A stretch of 63,126 nucleotides of DNA, the filler included. It is 10 parts of 10 records of this genome, joined end to end, with 100 filler letters (N's around TTAATTAATTAA, not from the genome) between each part and the next. Parts side by side here need not be neighbours in the genome. Positions count along the whole stretch, not along the records: positions 48,097 to 55,781 come from SRR31147125_141331; positions 55,882 to 63,126 come from SRR31147125_141444; 8 more parts are not named here. The stretch is one strand, 5' to 3'. The notes under the pieces are model-generated. The model did not search any database and was not told the DNA's origin. It worked only from the letters and a program-made list of their open reading frames with translations. A program made the position numbers and the translations under genes. Of this stretch, positions 53,000 to 63,126 are shown one piece after another; position 1 is the first letter of the stretch; each line of letters opens with the position of its first letter.

Positions 53000-55781
53000 A
53001 TGGCGAGTGGACAGAACACCCTCAGGCACACGTCCACGATGAAGACGTTGAACTGGACAACTTGCCGTCCCCTTTACCCTTTCCCAGCGCAACGCAGACT
53101 GTGAGCTTCTCACATCCAGTCCCTGCACGACTTCCTCCGGCAACCAGCTATCAATATCCGCCGCATGGAACCCGCCTACCACGACGTGATGGGACCCGAA
53201 GGAGCAAGGTTGCACTCTGTGTCTTCGTTACAGTTTTGGTTCTCGTCCATGCCGCCTTCATCTTCACCTTCAATGCTTTCATGTTGCGCCGTTTCTACTT
53301 TCTCCGAGCGTCACTGGGCACCAGCTCCTTGGATATTCTTGCTGACGATGGTGTGTCCATCACAGGAGATGTTTCCATCAGTCATGACGGTTCTGAGAGC
53401 GATCTCCTCCTCCAGTCTGGCTTAGAAGATGGTGGAAGTGGAGTGACAGCAACGAATGGGCCTCTGAGACTCGTGACAACCGGCCAAGGAACGGATGTCC
53501 TCGCGCGTCATCAAACCAGTGGAACAGAGACAAGAATGGGCACGGCGTGCAACGTACACACAGAGAGGGATGAAAATGAAGAAAACACTGGTGGCGGTCG
53601 TGGTAGACGAGACACGACTGGGTCCTCCTCTTCTTCGTGTCCATCGGGAGCGGGAGGAGTACTCAGTGTCCGTACCACTGATCCCACTACCGACATTGAA
53701 ATCAATCCAGGGAACAGGTACATCCCCTCTCTTGTTGTAGGAGAGGAAAGAGTGGACATCAACCCTGGCGGAAATGGGATTCCTGCGGTTATGGTGTATC
53801 CGGAACGAGTGACTTATAACGTGCCCGTTCAGTTTGACAATGGTCTTGAAATGAATGGGTCCATCCGCGTCCAGGAGTTGAAAGCTGACAATGTGTCTGC
53901 TTCCACCATCACGGCCAAATCTGTTGAAACCGCGGAGATCGAAGCTCAACATATCAAGACTCAGACCGGTACCTTTGAAGAGGGGCTCACTGCCCCCCGG
54001 GCCGGTGTTGACTACATTGTGGCGGATCGCATCGATGTGGGAGATATGACCCTGGAATCGAATCGCATATCTTCCACGGAGGGTCGGGATCTTGTGCTGC
54101 ACTCGGACACAGTGGCTATTGGGACTGGATCAGCTCCCTCGGTTATAACCAGCACCGGTCTTCAAGCGCATGAGGGAGACACGGGACATAATACAACTCT
54201 TCGTGGTCAGGATGCCAGCCAAATGGGAGGAGACCTCATTCTAGAAGGTGGTTCCTTTCATAACACTGATGGAAGCCGTGGAAATGTTTTACTCACTGGA
54301 AGAGATGTATCGGTTCACATGGATGACACTTTCACGATTCGTCAAGGTGACAACGGCCAATTAGGTCTTACCCTTAGCAGCGATACGATGACCACGAGTG
54401 TCACGAGTACATTCAATAAGCCTGTGACATTCGAGGGCAAAGTACTCTTCGAGGAGACCGTTGCAATCGATGCAGATTTCCTAGTTCATAACGGGGGAGA
54501 GAATCGTGCTACATTCGAAGTTCCCGTCAGGCACACAAGTTCCGTGGTCATCGAAGACTCACTCGATGTTCTGGGAGGCCTTTCCGTGTCATCTGCAACG
54601 GGGATTCAAGTAACAGGGGGTGTGACAGTCAATGAGGGACCGTTCACACTACACGGCCCTCTTCATGCCTCTGGCCCAGCAGAGCTTGACACAGTGGCCA
54701 TTTCCGACGGTGGATTAGAAGTAACAGGGGGTGTGATTGTTCACGAGGGAGGCATGGAAGTCTTGTCAGGGGTGTGGCCATTTCGGGCGGTCTGACCGTG
54801 ACGGGCCCCGTCAACATCGATGGTGTATTTTTGAGTGAATTCGAGAAGGAAGTTATTGTTCACACGGGTGGAATAACCGTGGAAGATGGCGGCCTCGACG
54901 TCCAAGAGGGTGGTGCGACCGTTAACGGGGGCCTGGAAGTGACAGGGGGCATCACACTTCATGACGGGAGCGTATTTGTGGAGAATGGCGACGTGGTAAT
55001 CAACGGTGGATCCGTTACCGTGGTTCAAGACGGAGAAGTATTGTCGACTGTTTCTTCGTCGGGAATTGTAGTGAGCGAAGGAGGAGTGGTCGTCAACCGG
55101 GGAGATATGGTTGTGAACGGTGCTGTGGAGACGTGTGAACTCACTTCGTCATGTGGCGTTACCGTGCTCGATGGTGGCGTTACCGTCCGTGAGGGTGGAC
55201 TTACAGTCGAACAGGGACTGTCTGTGATCAGTGGAGGCCTGGTCGTCGAGGGTGGAATTACCGTTTCAGGCGATACAGTCTTACAAAATGTGGACCTTGG
55301 TCTGCTAAGCGGCCTTTCGGTTGAGGAGGGACTCGGTGTGAGTGGAGGAATCACACTTTTTACGGGAGACATGTCGATTCTTGATGGTACCTTTGTGGTC
55401 TCTAGCGGTGGGATGGAAGTGGCTGGCGAAATTAAAGCTGCGGAGGGCATTGACATTCTTGACGGTGGTATCGTGGTGACAGGCGGTGTCACGGTGATGA
55501 ATGAAGGATTGCTCGTGGATAAGGGGCATGTGGAGTTCAATGATGGACTCAGTGTCGCAGGTGGACTCTTAGTGGAGAATAGTGGAATTCAAGTGGCTCA
55601 AGGTGGACTGGAGGTGACCGGAGGGCTCCTTGTACGCGGGAACGATGAGGTCGTTGTGGAAGGACCGATCTTTTTCAAAGGCTCCGTCCATTTTTCTGTG
55701 CCGCTCACAAGCAGCGACCTTGAGGATGGAGCCATGACTGCATCAAAGATCGCGGACAACGCTGTCACTTCTTCCAAGATT
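53000..55781 (+). CDS. Single-pass membrane protein with long Gly/Val-rich beta-repeat ectodomain (3' truncated; probable homopolymer frameshifts near 53020 and 54770)
   Basis: A TM segment (LCVFVTVLVLVHAAFIFTF), an RGRR site, many GG(L/I)xV(T/S)GG repeats, and terminal MTASKIADNAVTSSKI. No introns are apparent. Confidence 0.65.
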
Positions 55782-55881
55782 NNNNNNNNNNNNNNNNNNN
55801 NNNNNNNNNNNNNNNNNNNNNNNNNTTAATTAATTAANNNNNNNNNNNNNNNNNNNNNNNNNNNNNNNNNNNNNNNNNNNN

Positions 55882-58690
55882 TTACAGAATGGGTGATTTT
55901 TATGAAATGTTCCATGATGACGCCATCAAAGCGTCGGCCATTTTGGAGATTGCCCTCACTTCCAGAAACAAACATCAAAAAGATGCCATTCCCATGTGCG
56001 GTGTTCCCTTTCGTGCGGCAGACACCTACATTGCAAAACTGATTGAACGCGGATGCAAGGTAGCGGTTTGCGAGCAAGTTGAGGATCCCGCGACGGTAAA
56101 AGGACTTGTTAAACGGGAAGTGGTCCGGGTGATCACCCCCGGAATGATCCTCAATGAGGAGCTTCTGGACCGACGTGCCAATAACTATCTGCTTGCCCTC
56201 TCCATTGCCGAGGGGCAGGCGGGATTGGCCTGGCTCGATATTTCCACCGGGGCGTTTCAAGCCACACAAACCGAGACGGACAATGGAAAAATCCCCAACA
56301 CCCTTCTGGACGAAGCGCTTCGTGTCGATCCCAGTGAAATTCTACTTCCGTCTCACTATAAAAGCGATCCGGCGTTCAGTTATATTCGCAAATGGTTTCC
56401 GGCCAAGGGAATCACCTACATCGATCGCTTTAATTTCAAAATGCGGGGCGCCAGGCAGACACTGTTGAAACAATTCCATACCCGGAGCCTCAAAGGCTTT
56501 GGGTGTGAGCATCTCACTGCAGGGGTGTCGGCGGCCGGGGCGATCATGGCCTATGTCCATGAAACCCAAATGCAGGATACCACCCACATCACATCCCTCC
56601 AGACGTATGCCCTCAACAGCTACCTTGTGATGGACGAACGTTCCTGTCGCAATCTCGAAATTTTCAGAAATATCGAAACCGGCGGCAAACAAGGGGCACT
56701 GATCCCCATTCTGGACAGCACCGTCACCGCCATGGGCGCAAGGCTTTTAAAGCAGTGGCTCCGCTATCCACTCATTGACAAATCGCTCATTGAAGCGCGC
56801 CTAAATGCGGTAGAGGACGCACTGAGACAAAAGCATGTCCGGGTTGGGCTTCGAACGTCTTTAAAATCAATTTATGACATGGAGCGCCTGGGTAGTAAAA
56901 TTTCCATGGGACATGGAAATCCCAAGGATCTTCTGGCACTGAAGACCTCTTTGTTAAAACTTCCCGATATATTTAATGATCTCAACCAGCTTTCCGCCCG
57001 CCTCTTTCGTGGAGAATTCATTGAAGATAAGGAGCGAGTCTCCAAAGAGTTGACCGAACTTGCCGAGATTATCGCGCATGCCGTTCGAGACGATGCACCC
57101 ATGGTGATCAACGAGGGCGGGATTATCCGGGATGGCTTCAACAGTGAACTTGACGAGTTGATCGAACTCTCCAGAAACGGCAAAGAATGGATCCTGAAAA
57201 AAGGGGCAAAAGAGAAGGAAAAAACCGGGCTCAGTTCATTGAAAATCAAGTTCAACAAGGTATTCGGTTACTTCATCGAGGTGTCCAAAGTGCAGGCCGT
57301 TTCAGTTCCTGACAGCTATATCCGGAAACAGACCCTCGTCAATGCCGAGCGGTTCATTACGGAAGAGCTCAAAGAGATGGAGTCCAAAATTCTCAATGCC
57401 CAGGATAAACGAGCGGCTCTGGAGTATGAGCTTTTTTGTTCCGTTAGAAAAGAGATCGTTCAAAAAACCGAGTCCATATTGAAAATGGCGGCATTTCTCG
57501 CCACGGTGGATGTACTGCTCTCTTTTGCCCAAATTGCGGAAAGCAACACCTATGTCCGACCGGAAATTGTCGATGACTTTCATACTGTCAGTCCGGTGCA
57601 GGATGAAAAAATCGAATCCGAATCCCACGCTGCCGTAAATAGAGCTGGTGACGGATTCACATCGGATCCATTATCAGGTTCAAAAATCGAAACAGAGAAT
57701 ACTTCTGAGTCGAATCCCGATTCTTGTCGTCGACTCTCAATTATCGATGGACGGCATCCCGTCGTGGAAAAATTGATCGCCGGCGAGCGATACGTCCCCA
57801 ACTCCGTCACGCTGGACGACTCTGAAGGTCAGGTGCTGATCATCACCGGGCCGAACATGGCCGGTAAATCAACCGTTCTTCGGCAAGTGGCTTTGCAGAT
57901 TCTCATGGCCCAAACCGGCTCATTCGTTCCGGCTGCCAAAGCGACCATTCCCATTACCGACCGCATTTTTACCCGGGTAGGCGCTCTCGACAATCTCTCC
58001 CAAGGGCAGAGTACCTTTATGGTCGAGATGGAAGAGACCGCCAACATCATCAACAATGCCACGCCGCACAGCCTTGTCATTTTGGATGAAATCGGTCGCG
58101 GTACCAGCACGTTTGACGGACTCAGCATTGCGTGGGCGGTTGCCGAATATCTTCATGATCTGGATGGCGGTCGGGGGGTCAAAACCCTCTTTGCCACCCA
58201 CTACCATGAGTTGACCCGTCTCGAGGCCCTCAACCCCCGGGTAAAAAACTTCAATATTGCCGTTAAGGAGTTCAATGACAACATCATTTTTCTGCGGCGA
58301 ATGGTGGCCGGAGCAACCAATAAAAGTTACGGAATTCAGGTCGCCAGATTAGCCGGTGTACCGGACGATGTGGTCATCCGCGCCAAACAAATCTTGAAGA
58401 CCATCGAACAGCAAAACGATCCCTTGGCAGATGAGACGTTTGGCACCCTGTCTGCCCATGAGTTCAAGGCAACGGGGAAAAAATCTAGTATAAAAAGGGG
58501 AAAGAGAGCAACAGACCCAAATCTGACGAACGATACGGAAATATCCGAGCAAATGGAACTGTTTCCTCCCCCAAATGATCTTGGAAATCAACTGATCACT
58601 CGAATAAAGGATCTGGATATCAGCAGCATGACCCCTATCCAGGCGCTGAATTTATTGAATGAACTTCACGAAGAAATAGCCGTTAATTGA
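55882..58690 (+). CDS. mutS: DNA mismatch repair protein MutS (5' truncated)
   Basis: YRMGDFYEMF, GRHPVVE, GPNMAGKST, STFMVEM, DEIGRGTS, FATHYHEL and SYGIQVARLAG. Confidence 0.98.
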
Positions 58691-60795
58691 TGATTCGATT
58701 TCATTTTTCAAAACAGGTACTCTTTTGTTTTTTCGCCGCAATCATTTCAGGCGTAGGGCTCTTCTCTCCGGCTTGGGCATCGACGCCCAAGGAGATCTAC
58801 CTGTATGCGGACAGCTGTTATCAGAAAATGAAAAATAATCCCGATCTCAAAAAATACCGCCATAACTGGATAAACTGCATTGAGAGGTTCGAGCGGGTTT
58901 ATACGGCAAAACCTCACAATCCCTGGGCGGCGGCCGGAATGTATCGTGCCGCCCAACTCCATTTGGAGCTGTACGCCATATCCAATGTAAAGAGGGATAA
59001 ATCCGAAGCTGCGGATCTGTTGAATCGAATCGTAAACCGCTATCCTGAAAGTCTTTACAATGCCAGAGCGCGTAAACTGCTTGCCGCCATTGGTAGTGAC
59101 ACGTCGGCATATAAAACGAGCAGCAAAAAAATAAAAAGTAAAAACGCATCATCCAGTACCAATGACGACGGGGGGAGTAGCGAAAAAGCCTCTTCCCAAA
59201 TAAAAACCAAACGCGCTTTAAAATACCTTACAAAAAATGCCGGTGCTCGCCAATCAGCCAAAACAAAACCAAACACTCCCCCAAAGCCAACCATAGATCC
59301 TATTGAAATATTGGAAACCCGTAAGGCCGATGGATCGATTCCCGTAAAGTTTTCGACACTGTATCGGGAAAAATTTGCCAAAAAGAAGGCGCAAAACGGC
59401 AAAATCGGTGTCGGTACACGTTCATCGATAGCTGCCATAATTTCAGCGGCAAAAGCAGAAGAAAAAGATACCGCAGATGGCGGCGTTCATGGAAATGGCG
59501 GATCAAATGGAAAAAAGCCCGCCTCACTATCGCAATCTGAAGATTTGGCGACGCCGTCAAATAGAGACCAGGCAATGCCCTATCCTGCCGAATCATCCAA
59601 AAACGGCTATTCGGTCAATGCGCTTGGCGATGCGTTTGTCACAGGATTGCGGTATTGGTCCACCCCCAATTACACCCGGGTTGTTGTTGATGCCGGTGCT
59701 AAAAGAGCCTACACTCACCATATGCTGGACAAGAATCCATCCTTGAAAAAACCGCAACGCCTCTATGTCGATATCGAAAAATCCGTTCTTGGAAAAGAGG
59801 TCCCCGCCCACACCATCATCAACGATGACCTTCTGACCAAAGCCAGGGCCGGCCAACACACCCCCCATTCCGTTCGGGTGGTCGTGGATATCAAATCCTT
59901 CGACAACTACAAGATCTTCTCATTGAATGATCCCTTTCGAATCGTCATTGACGTATGGGGCCATAACGCCAACGTGGGAAGCAACGGAAAAGCCGGCGGA
60001 ACCATTGCCGCCTCAAGTAAAAGTCCCATCCCTCCGGACCAACTTTCCAAAATCGGATCCAACACCGATCAAATCCATGCATCCGCCATTGCCAAGCAGC
60101 TGGCCTTGGGGGTCAAGACCATTGTGATCGATCCCGGTCATGGTGGAAGAGACCCCGGCGCTTTGGGGTACTACAAAGGGGTTTATGAAAAGGATGTGGT
60201 TCTTTCCATTGCCCAAAAGCTGGCCAAGAAGATGCGACATCGTTTAAAATGCAATGTCATCTTAACCCGTTCCAATGATGTTTATCTCAGTCTTGAGGAA
60301 CGTACCGCCATTGCCAATACCAAAAATGCGGATCTTTTCATCTCTCTTCACTGCAATGCTGCACGAAACAAAAAACTGACCGGCATCGAAACCTATTATC
60401 TCAATTTGGCTACAGACGAATCCGCCATCAATGTCGCTGCCCGGGAAAATGCCACCTCCCGCAAAAACATCAGTGATTTGCAATCCATCCTCAACGATTT
60501 AATGAAAAATGCGAAAATTAACGAATCCAGCCGACTCTCCGGCATGGTTCAAACCCATCTTTATAAAGGCATGGCCAAGAAATATTCAAAAATCCGAAAT
60601 CTCGGAGTCAAACAGGCGCCTTTTTACGTATTGCTGGGTGCCACCATGCCTTCCATTCTCATCGAGACGTCATTTATCAGTAATAAAACCGAATGTAAGC
60701 GACTGACAACCGCCTCATACCAGAATGCGCTTTGCAATTCCATTATCGACGGTGTCCAAAAATATATCAAGGAGACGGACCCAAGGGCGTTATAG
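58687..60795 (+). CDS. N-acetylmuramoyl-L-alanine amidase (TPR-like, AMIN and Amidase_3 regions)
   Basis: YTRVVVD/VRVVVD AMIN motifs; IDPGHGGRDPGA, FISLHCNA and PSILIE. Confidence 0.93.
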   Translation: MMIRFHFSKQVLFCFFAAIISGVGLFSPAWASTPKEIYLYADSCYQKMKNNPDLKKYRHNWINCIERFERVYTAKPHNPWAAAGMYRAAQLHLELYAISNVKRDKSEAADLLNRIVNRYPESLYNARARKLLAAIGSDTSAYKTSSKKIKSKNASSSTNDDGGSSEKASSQIKTKRALKYLTKNAGARQSAKTKPNTPPKPTIDPIEILETRKADGSIPVKFSTLYREKFAKKKAQNGKIGVGTRSSIAAIISAAKAEEKDTADGGVHGNGGSNGKKPASLSQSEDLATPSNRDQAMPYPAESSKNGYSVNALGDAFVTGLRYWSTPNYTRVVVDAGAKRAYTHHMLDKNPSLKKPQRLYVDIEKSVLGKEVPAHTIINDDLLTKARAGQHTPHSVRVVVDIKSFDNYKIFSLNDPFRIVIDVWGHNANVGSNGKAGGTIAASSKSPIPPDQLSKIGSNTDQIHASAIAKQLALGVKTIVIDPGHGGRDPGALGYYKGVYEKDVVLSIAQKLAKKMRHRLKCNVILTRSNDVYLSLEERTAIANTKNADLFISLHCNAARNKKLTGIETYYLNLATDESAINVAARENATSRKNISDLQSILNDLMKNAKINESSRLSGMVQTHLYKGMAKKYSKIRNLGVKQAPFYVLLGATMPSILIETSFISNKTECKRLTTASYQNALCNSIIDGVQKYIKETDPRAL

Positions 60796-60861
60796 CCTCT
60801 TCGCAAGCCCGTCAATGACCAAACGAGTATTAACCCATCCAACAGCAGAGGAAGGAAAACA

Positions 60862-61647
60862 GTGGAAAATCTAATTTTTGAAATCAACAACGGTATCGCC
60901 ACATTGACTTTCAACCGTCCCAAAGCCCTTAATGCTTTAAATCAGGCTCTTTTGGAAGAATTTGAGACGGTTTTGGATCAAGTGGATACAAATCCGGACA
61001 TCCGGGTATTGGTTTTGACCGGTGCTGGCGAAAAGGCATTTGTTGCCGGCGCAGACATTTCCGAGCTTGCCAAAATGAATCCTCTTCTGGCTAAAAAATT
61101 CGGCACCAAGGGACAAAAGCTCTTTTCCCGACTTGAAAGCAGTTCCATTCCAGTCATTGCCGCCGTCAACGGATTTGCCTTGGGCGGGGGGACTGAAGTC
61201 GCTCTGGCCTGTGATTTTATCTACGCATCTGAAAAAGCGGTATTCGGACTTCCCGAGATTACACTCGGGTTGATTCCGGGATTCGGCGGTACCCAGCGCT
61301 TAGCCAGAATTGTGGGGACCAACCTGGCCAAGGAGTTAATTTTCACCGGAAAAACATTCTCCGCTGCCGAAGCCCTCACCTATGGCGTAGCCAATAAAGT
61401 GTGCGCGCCGGAAACATTGATGGATGAAGTGATGAAAACCGCCGGCGCCATTGCAAAGAAAGGTGCGGTCTCCCTTAGAGCGGCCAAGGAAGCCATCGAG
61501 TGCGGAAAAGATGTCGATCTTGAAACCGGATGCCGATTCGAAGCCGACGCATTTGCCCTTTGCATGGCCGGTTCCGATGCCGCCGAAGGAACATCCGCGT
61601 TCCTTGAAAAAAGAAAACCGGAATTTAAAGGTAGTTTAGACAGTTAA
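60862..61647 (+). CDS. Enoyl-CoA hydratase (crotonase)
   Basis: NRPKALNAL, FVAGADI, GFALGGGTE and PEITLGLIPGFGGTQRL. Confidence 0.93.
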   Translation: MENLIFEINNGIATLTFNRPKALNALNQALLEEFETVLDQVDTNPDIRVLVLTGAGEKAFVAGADISELAKMNPLLAKKFGTKGQKLFSRLESSSIPVIAAVNGFALGGGTEVALACDFIYASEKAVFGLPEITLGLIPGFGGTQRLARIVGTNLAKELIFTGKTFSAAEALTYGVANKVCAPETLMDEVMKTAGAIAKKGAVSLRAAKEAIECGKDVDLETGCRFEADAFALCMAGSDAAEGTSAFLEKRKPEFKGSLDS

Positions 61648-61779
61648 TAAATTTCTTTGGCATGCTTCATTTCCTGTGTACGCTTTTCATGGGACGCCCT
61701 CCGCTTTTCGGGAATCTCACTCAAAAAAGTGTATTTGAGAGCATATGCAAGGATGCCGTTTTTTTAGGAGTACGAATCA

Positions 61780-63084
61780 ATGCCTATTTTTAATATGGAT
61801 TTTGAGACAATGCCTCGAGAGGCCCTTGAATCCATACAGTTAAGTCGTTTGAAAACCACTCTTGAACGGGTCTATGCCACCGTTCCATTTTATAAAGAGA
61901 GTTTTGATAAAGCCGGAATTACCCCTTCCGACATCAAATCCCTGAAGGATCTCCAGCGGGTTCCCTTTACAGTCAAACAGGATTTGCGGGAAAACTACCC
62001 CTACGGCATGTTTGCGGTTCCCATGGAAAACGTCGTCCGAATTCATGCCTCTTCCGGTACCACCGGACTTCCCACGGTTGTCGGCTATACCCAGCGGGAT
62101 ATCGAAACATGGTCCGAGCTGATGGCCAGAAGTTTGGCAGCCGGCGGCGCGACCAGTAACGACATTGTTCACAATGCTTACGGTTACGGACTTTTCACCG
62201 GAGGACTCGGTGTCCATTACGGTGCAGAGAGGCTCGGCGCTTCCGTTATCCCGGTATCCGGTGGAAACACCAAGCGACAGATTGTGATCATGCGGGACTT
62301 CAAACCCACGGTGCTTACCGGAACTCCCTCCTACATTCTCCATCTGGCGGAAGTTGCCGATGAAATGGGGGTTTCATTCAAAGATCTCAACTTCAAATGC
62401 GGCGTCTTCGGCGCTGAACCGTGGTCTGACGATATGAGAGCGGATCTTGAAAACAAACTGGATCTGAAAGCCATTGATATTTACGGCCTGAGCGAGATCA
62501 TGGGGCCGGGTGTCTCCATCGAGTGCCGTGAAGCGCAAAAAGGGCTTCACATTTTCGAAGACCACTTCATCGCGGAAATCATCGATCCCGAGACCGGTGA
62601 GGTGCTTCCCTATGGTGAAACCGGTGAGCTTGTTTTCACCTCCATCACCAAAGAAGCGTTCCCCATCATCCGATATCGCACCCGGGACATCACCTCATTG
62701 AATCCGGAACCGTGCGTCTGCGGAAGAACCCATGTGCGCATGAACAAAGTTTCCGGCCGTACCGACGACATGCTCATCATCCGGGGCGTCAATGTCTTCC
62801 CGTCTCAGATCGAGAGCGTCATCATGAAGAGCGAAAACATCCAGCCCCATTATCAGCTGGTGGTGGACAGAGAGGATAATCTCGATACCCTTACGGTGAA
62901 GGTGGAAGTGGATCAGGATGTCTTTTCAGATAAAATCAAGACCCTTGAAAATATCTCCAAAAAGCTGACCCATGACATCAAGGAATATCTCGGCGTCTCT
63001 GCAAAGGTGAAACTGGTTGAGCCAAAGGCCATTGAAAGAAGTCAGGGAAAAGCGATTCGCGTCATCGACAAACGTAAAAAGTAA
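61780..63084 (+). CDS. paaK: Phenylacetate-CoA ligase
   Basis: [35 protein letters not shown] and [10 protein letters not shown]. Confidence 0.92.
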   Translation: MPIFNMDFETMPREALESIQLSRLKTTLERVYATVPFYKESFDKAGITPSDIKSLKDLQRVPFTVKQDLRENYPYGMFAVPMENVVRIHASSGTTGLPTVVGYTQRDIETWSELMARSLAAGGATSNDIVHNAYGYGLFTGGLGVHYGAERLGASVIPVSGGNTKRQIVIMRDFKPTVLTGTPSYILHLAEVADEMGVSFKDLNFKCGVFGAEPWSDDMRADLENKLDLKAIDIYGLSEIMGPGVSIECREAQKGLHIFEDHFIAEIIDPETGEVLPYGETGELVFTSITKEAFPIIRYRTRDITSLNPEPCVCGRTHVRMNKVSGRTDDMLIIRGVNVFPSQIESVIMKSENIQPHYQLVVDREDNLDTLTVKVEVDQDVFSDKIKTLENISKKLTHDIKEYLGVSAKVKLVEPKAIERSQGKAIRVIDKRKK

Positions 63085-63126
63085 TTTTTTCTCGTGTTTT
63101 TATATGAAAAACCTCACGCTCATCGG

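Noticed and set aside
19242-54795. Many split genes (kinase, DUF6178-like, Beta, GNAT, permease, TerS, Rep, integrase, fibre protein) suggesting programmed frameshifting, phase variation or mass pseudogenisation
   Set aside because: Each is repaired by a single base, nearly always in a homopolymer, and they occur across unrelated organisms. This points to sequencing error, although reads are needed to be certain.
54500-55700. GGLxVTGG repeats as a DNA tandem repeat or diversity-generating cassette
   Set aside because: The repetition is at protein level with diverged codons; there is no template/variable repeat pair or reverse transcriptase
5003-55881. Nine regularly recurring TTAATTAATTAA motifs flanked by Ns
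   Set aside because: These are artificial linkers, not a biological repeat or CRISPR array. Cross-spacer associations, such as the eukaryotic genes next to the satellite or the defence genes next to flagellar genes, are artefacts.

Overview
This window is not one locus. It is 10 unrelated contigs joined by artificial 100-nt spacers (N44-TTAATTAATTAA-N44), so gene neighbourhoods across spacers mean nothing. C1 (1-5002): Desulfobacterota-like; a disrupted chemotaxis/Cache-type gene, an RmlD-like SDR and DUF748. C2 (5103-11324): K+ channel, diguanylate cyclase, SPFH protein, Zn-ribbon protein and epd. C3 (11425-17749): PD-(D/E)xK protein, Tat-exported GH109-like enzyme, GNAT-like protein, and lexA followed by a catalytically degenerate Y-family polymerase. 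C4 (17850-23314): sensor kinase, DUF6178-like protein and an OmpA-type barrel. C5 (23415-29213): a candidate defence island with a resolvase, an sce7726-like nuclease convergent with a GNAT-ImmA/IrrE-Beta operon, and an NTPase-Mrr fusion. C6 (29314-34456): flgFGAHIJ with intergenic repeat elements. C7 (34557-42261): Clostridia-like; chrA pair, OpuC-type ABC transporter with a possible Na+ riboswitch, and PadR/DUF2812 genes with a consensus promoter and operator. C8 (42362-47996): a phage-satellite-like element with integrase, regulators, a structured RNA, a Rep-like gene, iterons, TerS and a scaffold-like protein. C9 (48097-55781): eukaryotic DNA with a 12-intron arginine-synthetase-like gene, a site-2 protease and an apparently intronless beta-repeat protein. 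C10 (55882-63126): mutS, amidase, enoyl-CoA hydratase and paaK. Many single-base frameshifts fall in homopolymers in several contigs and are best read as sequencing errors. The best candidates for undescribed systems are the C5 GNAT/ImmA/Beta/sce7726 module and the C8 satellite with its putative antisense-RNA control. All family assignments come from motif recognition by eye, not from database searches.
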